A stretch of 64,000 nucleotides of DNA from Piedraia hortae CBS 480.64 (taxonomy: Eukaryota), in the NCBI GenBank assembly GCA_010093745.1, contig MU005969.1, positions 1 through 64,000 of the forward strand, read 5' to 3'. The stretch's first letter is position 1, and every line of letters begins with the position of its first letter. Below are positions 1 to 9,700 of the stretch, piece after piece. The notes under the pieces were generated by a model. The model had not been told where the DNA came from. It saw nothing but the letters and a program-made list of their open reading frames with translations, and made no database searches. A program made the position numbers and the translations under genes.

Positions 1-3000
1 GTAGAGATTTGTATGCAGGTACACATCTGCTCACAATTATAATACGCGGGTCGTCCCGCGCACACACAGCCTCGCCGTAACAGTTTTGGTGTTTTTTTTT
101 TAAATTGGGCTTGTTGGACTTCTGTGTACTGTACATATTGTTGGGGGGGTATGTTGATGGTGTTGTTGCTGTGTATGGCGTTGCTGTGGGGTTTGGGGAG
201 TCTCCTTCGTCGGTGTCTTTGCAATGGAGCAGTTTTCATTCTCTGTCTGCATTAGTACACAGATTCCGTTAGCTAGGGAGCCATCTGAAATGTCCTCTCT
301 GCTCCTCAACTCGCTTGACAAAATATTCAACAGAAAAGTCCTTTGAGTGCTGGGCACCGGTCAGACGAGTGCACTGTCAACTCCCTCCCATACCAAAATC
401 CAAGATCACTATAAATTCGACATCCCCCTTCTGCCTAGACATCAGCTTCTCCAACCCCATCTAACCTCGTTCGAGACCCTCCCGCACGAAACCTTCCCAC
501 CCGGAGCCTCGGGAGTTCCCACAACAAACTCAGGTAATACCCCTCCCCAGCCGCACTGCGCAGTCGCTCTAAGAAGAAGCACGTATTGTCTCCTTCATCT
601 TCCATCTAAATGGTGGCTCTGGTCCTCGTTTCCTTGATTCGCGAACACAATCCGCTATTTCAAGAAAATGCCTGCTCAGCTACTTGGAGACGTTTAGGTT
701 TGGGATGCAGGGTTTTTTATGTGTTTCATTTTGTTTTTGATACCGTTGGGAAGCGGTGATGTTAGTCATTTTTGGGTGAAGTAAGCGAGATTCCCTAGTT
801 CTGTTTCTGTGCGAGGGCCTGGTTGCGCGAGAGATATGGCTTTGATATCCGGGATATATTGGGACGAACGGGAGCATACGCGTTTTTCTGTCCATGGGGC
901 AGGATTACGAACATGGACATTAGGAGACTGTTTGGGAATCGACATGTCATGCAAAGGATATTTTTACGTGTTGTGCACTTGTTTTTGATACTGTTGTGAG
1001 GCGGTGGCGCTTGTCGGTTTAAGTGAAGGATGGGGGCATGTAGAGCTAATCTGGACATTGGAGGCCCGTCGCGCGAGGGCAATGACTGAACCGCGGGTTT
1101 AAGGAGAAAAGCTCCCTACCAGTAAGGCGGACGCGTTTTGTCGAATCTATGGAGATGTACGTTGATATTTCTCATTGGCGTTTCGTAAGGTGATGCAAGA
1201 AGGTGGGGAATGGCCTGTCCGATGTGATGAGGACGTGGACATTTCTTGTCGTCGAGAAGACATGTTCAAGGGTGGGCGGGTTAGGGAACAGATGGCTGTG
1301 GATGAGAGTTGAATATAATTCATGCGCCATGGCTATGGGTCAAGTGGTGATTATAGGCACTAAAGTGCTTCCGCATTGTTCCTGGCGGGATATCGTGAAA
1401 ACTCTTTTTCTCCGCAGGGATCCATGATTTGGGAAGCTTGCTATCTAGGAGTTGTGTTGCGAGACCACTCTTTGACATGGAGACTTAATCCTTTGTCTCG
1501 AAATGGTAGTGGAGATCGCCGACTGAGGTGCCCGTTAAACTTTAAATGCGCTCGAGGACAAGGAATCTAGTTGATGACCAGTGAGCCCGAGAGTCATGAC
1601 TGGCGGAGATCTTCCAGTCCATATCAAGCGCGGAAAGAGAAAACTGAGTTATAGCTGACAAAACAAGTCAGTCTTCGCAGAATAGAGTCACTTTGTCCTC
1701 CTTCAGACGTACTCGATAGTATCCAGTCGGCCTGTGAAATTCGAATGATATCAACCCGATATGGCGAGGAACTCTCTGAAAGTGAACAGATGCAACCCCA
1801 GTGATAAAGTTCAACATGCAATATCTCCAAGGATAAAGTTTCAATGAGTTCCAAACTACCTCGCTCAAAACAGCAGTACTCTTACAATGACAATCGTCGA
1901 CTTGGTGCGTAGTGGTTAGGCATGAGGCCGAAAGTAAGGCATTTGCCACTCTTACAACCGCCCAAATTACAAAAGTCTTCCACTCACAAGTCCGGAAAGC
2001 TCGTCTCACACCTCAAAATCGAACAAGTATTACCCTTTCACGGTACCACCCCCCTTTGAGATATTTTTCGCGCGTACATCCCGTTCAAAACAATCTGGTA
2101 GTGCGAACTAATTCCGCCAAGTGGTGTGGGTCCGGAACATCTCCGCTTCGGATCGGGTCGGGCCGCGATATCAAATTTCCCGGCCGAGAAATTCTTCCAG
2201 CCTTTGATCGCCGTATAGGCATTGAATAAAACCTACACTTGGCTCTCCTCTTGATTGGCTGTGATATAATGCTGCAGGTGCTGAATATCACGGAGACGCT
2301 GTTGGAAAGATTGGGAGACAGCGGAATGGTTGGTGGAACATCTTAAGGCTTGAAATGGAGCGACGAGGGAGAGAGGTTGTTCGCTGAGGTGAGGGTGCGG
2401 GGCTTATTTCGTGATGGGTATAACTTGTATAGCCGACTTCAACTTTAGCTGGCACTCGGTGCATGAGGCGTTAAAGCGCGAGCTTGGGGTTCGATGTGTG
2501 AGGTAGGAGTTTCTTCATTCCAATCTGTACCGTTCTTTGTAGGCTTTGTTGCGCTATTAGGTATTCGAGGAGGAAGGTCAGTAAGCCTTCGAAGCTTGTT
2601 GGGCGCTGAAGGATGTCGTGGCAAACGAACTTGAAAATCTTGTCTAGACACAATGAACTCAGGCAAAGTGGTTCTCCTGGAGGGATCAAGCATCTCGTAG
2701 TAGATCCAGCCCTTCATTACGAAAGAAGTGGCGCTGTAGCAGGTGCAGTTATAGTATGTATCGGGTGTTGTAGACACTTCGCCAGGAATCAAGTGTCATG
2801 ATGATTCATGTGCTTGCATTTTCGAGTGGCTTATTGATTTATGATTGGCTTCTCATTGCTGTCTATGCTATGATGACCTGATTCGCACTGGGTATGATGC
2901 CTGACCGTGCCGCCTTGCAGAGCGAGTAACCCTTGAATGAATGGCGCGTCTTGGCTTTACCGGAAATTTCACATCTTGAGAGCAGCGCTCCACCGAGCAT

Positions 3001-3610
3001 AGTGAGACAAAGGATGACGGTTTGCCATTCAAAAGTGTTTGCTAAATTTCGTCACTTTGTTCTTCAAGATTGCTGCGCCGACGAGGTGCTCATATGTCTT
3101 GAGCCGCGCATTCAAAGCCAAGTTTCTATTTGGTTGGGAGTCTAACAGAAGCATCGTCGCTCATCTCGACTCATTGGAACGATGAGTCATGATAGCCCTT
3201 CCCTTGGCCGCGGGCCTGCCCGTGGAAACAGATCCCCACCGTGAGAGAATTTTTGCCGACAATTCACAGCCACTCGGTGTGATACATCGTTTGGAGAACG
3301 AGTCAGTCGCTGTCAGAAGGTCAGGAGCAACTCCACTATTGTGCTGTGAGTGCGTCGGGAAAGTTTACTGCGGTGGTGTGGGTCAAGTCAAACACGACAC
3401 GCTGGAGTGACACCTTGCTTGGCCCACGACAAATATCTGCACGTGGGTTTCAGTTTCTTTTCACTACACCTTACCTAGGACAAGCAGCCGAGTAAAGCTG
3501 CTTTCTTTTACCGTTTGGCTCTGCTTTTGATTTTATCCTTCTACAAATACACACACTCAACATCTTCGACATCTCCAGCATCTCTGGATCTCCGACATCT
3601 CTATTCAACG

Positions 3611-4118
3611 ATGGGTTATCTCCTCACTGTCATTCTCGCCGCGGCGGGCGCCTGCGCCAGCGTTGCCCCGGTACGATATCTTCCCTCTCTGCATCCAGGC
3701 TGTACACTGACAAAGACCACAGAGCCAAGGCAATGCCAAGTTCGTCACCACGTTCTCGTACTTGCCGCTCGAGACCACCTCTGCGATGAGCAACACGTCT
3801 TCGGTCCAGACGCCTTCGGCCCAGCGCTCCGGTCGTTACACCTGGGGTAATGCTACGTACACGGCTCCCATGGGCACCGCTGTCATCACTACGCTCACTG
3901 CGCTGGAACCCACGGTCACTACCATCACACTCACTGCTCTGGACACGACTCTGAGCACTGTTACGACGCCAGCGCCAACCACGTTTGAACGCCGTGACTG
4001 CCACCTCTCGACTCTTCTCGGCGGACAGGACTGGATCATCACGACGGTGTGCAATGACCCTTCTCCTCCGCTGCCGTGTACCCCTTGCGTCGGGTGCAAT
4101 GCGAATCCTTGTGATTAA
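3611..4118 (+). CDS. Small secreted Thr-rich protein with C-terminal 6-Cys module (paralog A, ~151 aa); exons 3611-3670 and 3723-4118
   Basis: Signal-peptide-like N-terminus MGYLLTVILAAAGACA. A phase-0 intron at 3671-3722 (GTACGA...CTGAC...CAG) joins it in frame to the 3762 ORF. The protein ends ERR-DCHLSTLLGGQDWIITTVCNDPSPPLPCTPCVGCNANPCD*. Confidence 0.85.
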
Positions 4119-5372
4119 GGAATCAGGTGGGCTACAAGGCAGGGTATGATTAGGGACTGGCCAGTGTTGGTCCACGAAATTGCACTGCTTACAATTTCTT
4201 TCCGTTTCATCGTTTTGTGCTGTAGACTGTCCGAGGCTTGAATGTGGCGGTCAGTCGGTCCACATTTGGGCAGCCTTTTCCTGACCTTTTCGTATATCTG
4301 CGTTGTAATTCGAGGCCGTTTTGGAGGATGATCGTAGGCTGAACTAGAGCGTTGCTGTTTTTAAATTCCTATGATAGGATGATGTGGAGCTGCTGTGCGG
4401 AGCAAACGGCCGACAGGCAGGACAGCTGCCACACGTTGCAAGGCACTGCGGCTGCGGTAGGTGAGTATGGCACTTGATACTGCGGGGCCTCTCGAGGATG
4501 CACTCGTCAAGGGCTGTCAGGCTGGCATTGGGCGTACAGCTGCTGTAAAAGAGTGAACGGCTGGGCCAGGACTGAAGCCTTACGTTGCAAGAAGCAGCGG
4601 CGGTGTTAGGTAGCATAAGGCTTTCAGAGACCGCGGAGCCTCTCGAGGATGCTCTCTCCAAGGCCTGGAAGACAGAACTTGAGCGGCGCTTGCTTGTCTG
4701 TGTCACAACCGTCAGCGGACCGCGATCCGGCGGAAACGGGCAATGGATGGCTCTCTCTGCTTGCGAAAAATTGCACCACCATTCCTATAGATTCCAGGCA
4801 GTCTACTGACGCTGCCTCATTGTTGAGTAGGCCTGTCGTTGGGCGTTGAGGGGTGCTGAGCTGCTACAGCGCTGTGACGCCTTGGCCTGAGCAAGCAGCA
4901 CGACTTGTCACCACATCGCTAAGACTTTTTACAGCGCTGTAACTAGAGTTTTCATACAGTAGAAGGCAATGGTTACAAGTATAGGGCATCATAGGAGGGC
5001 TCGGGGACCAGTCTGTGCCTACAGCCATGTGCATCAACGCAAACGTACTCAATGCCATTGCTCCAGAGCCTCTTCAGTACATTCTTCTCCTGCAAAACCG
5101 TTCGTAGTCCCCTTGAACCGGTCCTCGTAAGGTGAATACGTCGCAGTGAGCCTTCAGAGCCCTCGAAGCCCATCACTGGTCCCCGACCACACCCTCCCAA
5201 TACCCAGAAAAAATCACGTGGATTGTTAATTACCTCGATTATCTCTCAAGCTTCTGACCCCTGTCAAGATGCTAACTTGGTTAAAAGCTCAGATCTGTTC
5301 CCACGAATTATTGCCTCCTTCATCCACCTTTCTCTTCCCAAACTAGGCAATCAATCTCTACGCTCGACCAGA

Positions 5373-6034
5373 ATGATGCCTACATTCATTAAATTTGTGT
5401 CTCTCTTTGCGTGCCTGACGAGCACTGTCTCCGGCACGGGTGTACGTACCTTCCTATTTGGTGGTGCAGCGCCAAGACTGACAAACCTTAGCAGCCGAAG
5501 CACCACAAATCATTTGGGCCATATCATACGCACAATGAAACCACTCTCCGTCCATTGACTTGTGCCCCGACCTGGACGATATCTTGTGCTGCCACAGCTT
5601 CGCTTGCTACTTACGGTGGCACCCCTTGTCGCTCTACGGAAGGTGCTGGCGGTACCGCCCCTCATTCATCCTTGGGAGGCACCGGTCATCTTTCATCTTT
5701 CAAAGGCACTGGCCATCACTCATCTTTGGGAGGCACCGGCCCCCATTTGTCTACTGGAGGCACTGCTCCTCGCCTGTCGAGGGGCGGCACTGACAGCATG
5801 CCCAATTTCGAAACCGTTTTTCCTCCTTACTTGCCCCCGGGAATCACTCCTGGAATGCCGAAGCCCCCCGAAGTATCCATAACTAAGATCTCTTTGGCGG
5901 ACTGCCGCACGTCGACCCTACTTGGAGGCCAGGATGGCATCACACAAGTTGTTTGTATCGACGAACCTCCCCATCCTACCCAAGCCTGCACGCCGTGCGT
6001 TGGGTGCAATGTCGATCCTTGCCGTGATGAGTAA
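5373..6034 (+). CDS. Small secreted protein with Gly/His 9-aa repeats and C-terminal 6-Cys module (paralog B, ~203 aa); exons 5373-5441 and 5492-6034
   Basis: Signal-peptide-like N-terminus MMPTFIKFVSLFACLTSTVSG. A phase-0 intron at 5442-5491 (GTACGT...CTGAC...TAG) joins it in frame to the 5555 ORF. The C-terminus DCRTSTLLGGQDGITQVVCIDEPPHPTQACTPCVGCNVDPCRDE* is clearly homologous to paralog A. Confidence 0.85.
5648..5795 (+). repeat. Coding 27-bp (9-aa) tandem repeat GGT(A/G)xxxSx, about 5 copies
   Basis: GGTAPHSSL / GGTGHLSSF / KGTGHHSSL / GGTGPHLST / GGTAPRLSR / GGT. Confidence 0.85.
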
Positions 6035-6125
6035 CAACGAAACAATGAATGCAAAGCACGAATTAGCAGCGAGTAGATAGCCATGAAAGGCTCTTGTCAA
6101 TGATACAGTAAAAATTATCTATCCC

Positions 6126-9100
6126 TTATTCCCCCACCCCCACCCCCACCTCCTTCTCCTTCTCCTTCTCCTCCTCCTCCTCCTCCTCCTCCTCATCGTC
6201 ATCATCGTCATCATCAAGCACCCTCCTAGGCTTAACCTTTCCCTTCTCCATCGTCTCAGCCTCACCCATCTCCACATCCTCTTCATCCGAATCCTCGATC
6301 CGTTCCGCAGACTTGAATTTATTCGAACTCTTCTTCTCCAATCTCCTCCGTTTAGGCTTAACCGTCGGTTCAACGTCACTATCCTCTTGAACAGCAGATT
6401 CGCCCTCCCCTTCCTCATCGTTCTTCTTCTTCCTCTTCGTCCTTCGTTTCTTCTTCTTCTTGATCGGCTGACCATCCGAATCAAACAACTCCTCCTCTTC
6501 AGCCTTAAGACGGAGTTTCTCCTCCTCAAGCCTCTTCGCCATGAGCAGACGATCCTCCTCCGCGATCCTTTCACGTTCTTCTTTAATCTTCCTCCTCTCC
6601 TCCTCCGCCGCCTGGGCAGCTTTCCTCTTCTCCTCCTCGCGCAGAGCAATCTGCTCTTCCCTCCTGCGCTTCGCCTCCTCCAAACGCGCAGAATGCTCTT
6701 GTTCATACGCAGCCTGTCTCTCCGCGGCGGCTGTAAGCTGGCGCTTCATGGTATTCTTCCCCATATTCGCGCGCGCCTCGAGGTCCGCACGGGGAAAGGG
6801 CGGGGTGGGCGAAGCAGCTATCGTCAAAAACGAAGCGATCGCATCATCGAGGTCGGAGGCTGCGGTGTTTATCTCTTCGAGACTGCGCTCGGTTTCGGGA
6901 AGGGAGATTATGAGCTGGGCAAGTTGCATCTGGACGAAAGCGACGTTGAAGGCGAAGTGGATGTTTTCGGGCGATTGGACGAGGGCTTGACGGCTTAGGT
7001 CAAGAGCGGTTTTGTAGCATTCGAGTTTTTTCTCGTGACGGCCTCGTTGGAGCCAGACCCGGCCGAGACAGGCGATGAGATGAGAGTCGATCACGCCGTG
7101 GTGTTTGCTGCGTTGGAGGGCCAGTTCGTAGTTTTCGATGCTGCGCGCCCATTGTTTTGTTTCCGCGAAGATGTGGCCTAGGTTGATGTGTACGGAGGGA
7201 GAGGTGCGGCGGAGGCTCTCGCGGACCCGCGACAGGATTTGGATGCCTGCGCTGACGTCGCGTTTGTCTTCGATTAGGGCTATGGCGAGGCCTTGGGCGG
7301 CGAAGGCGTTCTTGGGGTCGAGGGAGAGGATTTTGTCGAAGAATTCGACGGCGCGCACGTAGGTTTTGCTGCGTTTTTCCTTGTCTTGGTCTGTTTCCCG
7401 CCGCATCTCACGTGCAACGGTAAGGTGCAGGTTGCCCATGGCAGCGAGGGCATAGAGATCATGCTTGTCATAGTGCTGCAGCGTGTGTTTGTGGTGACGC
7501 TGTTCCTGGTCCTCGTTGAGATGCGGCGTGCGCTTCTTGTGGCGGTGGAGGTACCAGCCATAGAGGCCGCGGACGTCGAGGTTGCCGATGTTGGCCTCCA
7601 GCAGCTCTTTGAGAGCGTCGCCCGCTCCGGGATCACGGCGGTCCAGGGCAATGCAGGCCACCCGCGCCTTGGCATCTACGTAGTTGGGATGACGCTGCAG
7701 CAGATCGTGGTAGACCTTGACAGCCTCATCCACGAGTCCTTCTGCCTCGTACGTCCGACCCAGATTGAACGAGATGGTCGTCACCAGCGCATCCGAGTCA
7801 ACGTCCTCGCCCGCGTCGACGTGGACGCAGGCCCCCAACGCCGTCTGGAAGCTCTCCAGCGCCTGGGAATAGGCAGCGGTGTGGAAGTGGAAGCAGCCAA
7901 TGTTGTTCAACAACTGCGGGCTCAGCAGCTTCCTCTTGGCCCTCAGCTTCGCCTCGCTATCGAGATCGCCTTCAACTGCCAGACGCTCGTCGTCGTCGGC
8001 AATCTCGTCGAGCTCCATCTTCTCAACCTGCTGCAGACACGCCAGGGCTCGGTCAGGAGCGTCGCGTTCATACAGTCGGGCCAAGTTTAGCAAAACTACG
8101 GGGTCTGGACTGACGTTCCGTCGGGAGTCCTTCCACGCCGCCCGCACCTGCTCTAGTAGTCCAATGGCCTTGTTCCTCTCGACGCTGCGGTCCTCTCTGC
8201 CGTCTCGTCCGCCGCCAAAGTCGTCTTCGGCGTACAAGATGCCCAGCAGCGTCAATGCCTCGATGCTCTTGGCTCCGCCCGCTGCCAGCACCTTCTCAAG
8301 GCCGAACTTGGCACCGTCCGCGTCTTGCATCAGCGTCTTGAGCTGTGCGGCACCGAACTTGGCCGGCAGAAACCCAGCCTCATCTCCACCACGCGCTTGG
8401 TCAGCCTTTGCATAATACTCAGCCGCACGCGCCAAGTCGCCGACAAAATGCTCCTTGCGCGCCAGCAGGAACCAGCCGTCAGAGGCAACGGCATTGACAT
8501 CTGTCTGCGCAATCGCCCGTCGCGCGAGCTGCTCCACGCGATCCCACATCTTCCGCAACAGATAGTACTGTCCAAATGTTGCGTTGGCGAGCGCCAGCGT
8601 ATCATCCTGCCGGTACGCCGCTTGCGTATGCACCGTCATTGCCTTCTTGTACAACGGGCTAAAAAATTTGACATCCGTCGGCGAGTATTTGTTACTGGAA
8701 TCAAGGTAGAAGAGGCCAAGCAGTGCGTTGGCAACGGCTGACTCTGGATTGACGTCTAGAGCACGCTGCCACGCCGCTCGTGCCGGCTCTTTGTGCCGCA
8801 GCTGCCACAGACAGCAGCCGATGCCGATGCGCGGGTCCGGCGATACCAGCCCCGGCGCTGCAGCCAGCGTCTTCTGGTACAGCCCGAGGGCATCGCCGTA
8901 GCGGCCCAGGGAATACTGCACGCGTGCCTTTCCGATCATGGCCATTACGTTCCGCCCGTTCGACGCCTTTAGCGCATCGTCGAAGCACTTGGCTGCCTGC
9001 CGCAGCGTTTCTGCCTTGTCACCGCCGCCTCCAGCCCCTCCACTCACTTTACCAGGTTGCATCGACGCTCGCAGCAGATGCAGCGTGCCTTTGGCCAGGA

Positions 9101-9551
9101 ATAGCGGCGGGTGCTGTGGATTGATGCGGCTGGCATCGTTCAGCGTCGTCGTGGCCTGCGACAGCCAGTAGTCCTTGGTGCGGTCCCCGTTGTCGGCTAC
9201 GCGTGGGGCTTGTCGACACTTCCATAGGTACAGCCAGCATAGACAGGTGATTATGCCCAACCGGTCATCGCTCCGTCCCTGCGCCGCCAATCCCTTCTGC
9301 AGCATGTCAATGGCGACGTCGACATTGCCCTGCTTCGCGTAAGATAGAGCAATGGTCGTCCAGTAGCTTCGCGCCGCCTTCTCCGTCTGCAACAGATCGC
9401 ACAGCTCGTCCGTCTCGTCCCCGAGCGCGTTGAGGTCCAGGGTTACCACTTCATCGCCTTCTCCATCGCCGCCACCCACCGGGATATCAATCACCTCTGG
9501 AATGTCGCCAAATCGCACAAAACTGGCCTCTTGCCGACCACTTGTCGCCAT
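6126..9551 (-). CDS. CTR9: PAF1 complex TPR subunit Ctr9
   Basis: 1141-aa intronless ORF with multiple TPR-like repeats, the motifs PDPRIGIG and DPKNAFAAQGLAI, a coiled coil and an acidic tail containing KFKSAERIEDSD. Confidence 0.93.
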   Translation of the reverse strand: MATSGRQEASFVRFGDIPEVIDIPVGGGDGEGDEVVTLDLNALGDETDELCDLLQTEKAARSYWTTIALSYAKQGNVDVAIDMLQKGLAAQGRSDDRLGIITCLCWLYLWKCRQAPRVADNGDRTKDYWLSQATTTLNDASRINPQHPPLFLAKGTLHLLRASMQPGKVSGGAGGGGDKAETLRQAAKCFDDALKASNGRNVMAMIGKARVQYSLGRYGDALGLYQKTLAAAPGLVSPDPRIGIGCCLWQLRHKEPARAAWQRALDVNPESAVANALLGLFYLDSSNKYSPTDVKFFSPLYKKAMTVHTQAAYRQDDTLALANATFGQYYLLRKMWDRVEQLARRAIAQTDVNAVASDGWFLLARKEHFVGDLARAAEYYAKADQARGGDEAGFLPAKFGAAQLKTLMQDADGAKFGLEKVLAAGGAKSIEALTLLGILYAEDDFGGGRDGREDRSVERNKAIGLLEQVRAAWKDSRRNVSPDPVVLLNLARLYERDAPDRALACLQQVEKMELDEIADDDERLAVEGDLDSEAKLRAKRKLLSPQLLNNIGCFHFHTAAYSQALESFQTALGACVHVDAGEDVDSDALVTTISFNLGRTYEAEGLVDEAVKVYHDLLQRHPNYVDAKARVACIALDRRDPGAGDALKELLEANIGNLDVRGLYGWYLHRHKKRTPHLNEDQEQRHHKHTLQHYDKHDLYALAAMGNLHLTVAREMRRETDQDKEKRSKTYVRAVEFFDKILSLDPKNAFAAQGLAIALIEDKRDVSAGIQILSRVRESLRRTSPSVHINLGHIFAETKQWARSIENYELALQRSKHHGVIDSHLIACLGRVWLQRGRHEKKLECYKTALDLSRQALVQSPENIHFAFNVAFVQMQLAQLIISLPETERSLEEINTAASDLDDAIASFLTIAASPTPPFPRADLEARANMGKNTMKRQLTAAAERQAAYEQEHSARLEEAKRRREEQIALREEEKRKAAQAAEEERRKIKEERERIAEEDRLLMAKRLEEEKLRLKAEEEELFDSDGQPIKKKKKRRTKRKKKNDEEGEGESAVQEDSDVEPTVKPKRRRLEKKSSNKFKSAERIEDSDEEDVEMGEAETMEKGKVKPRRVLDDDDDDDEEEEEEEEEKEKEKEVGVGVGE

Positions 9552-9700
9552 GGCCGGCTCTGTGCTGTGGTGAGGAGCTGTTGTCTGGCGTGTCGCTAGA
9601 GTGTTGCTGCGAGGTGGAACGGGCCGAATTTGTGGGGGCGGGCCGAGCTGTGGGGATGCGACAACCTCTCATTGACGGGCGCCCCGGTAGAGGAGCGCAG

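Noticed and set aside
1..3400. Many short ORFs at the start of the window
   Set aside because: I found no recognisable domain, coherent splice pattern or repeat structure. The region may be decayed sequence, but I cannot support a call.
4071..4113. CxxCxxC read as a ferredoxin or radical-SAM iron-sulfur motif
   Set aside because: The spacing differs (x4 before the last Cys, and not CxxxCxxC) and the protein appears to be secreted.
6387..9240. Long plus-strand ORFs overlapping CTR9
   Set aside because: These are antisense shadows of a GC-rich coding sequence.
9542..9700. ORF-track N-terminal extension of SEC8 overlapping the CTR9 start
   Set aside because: It begins at a non-ATG codon, is not Sec8-like, and covers the shared promoter.
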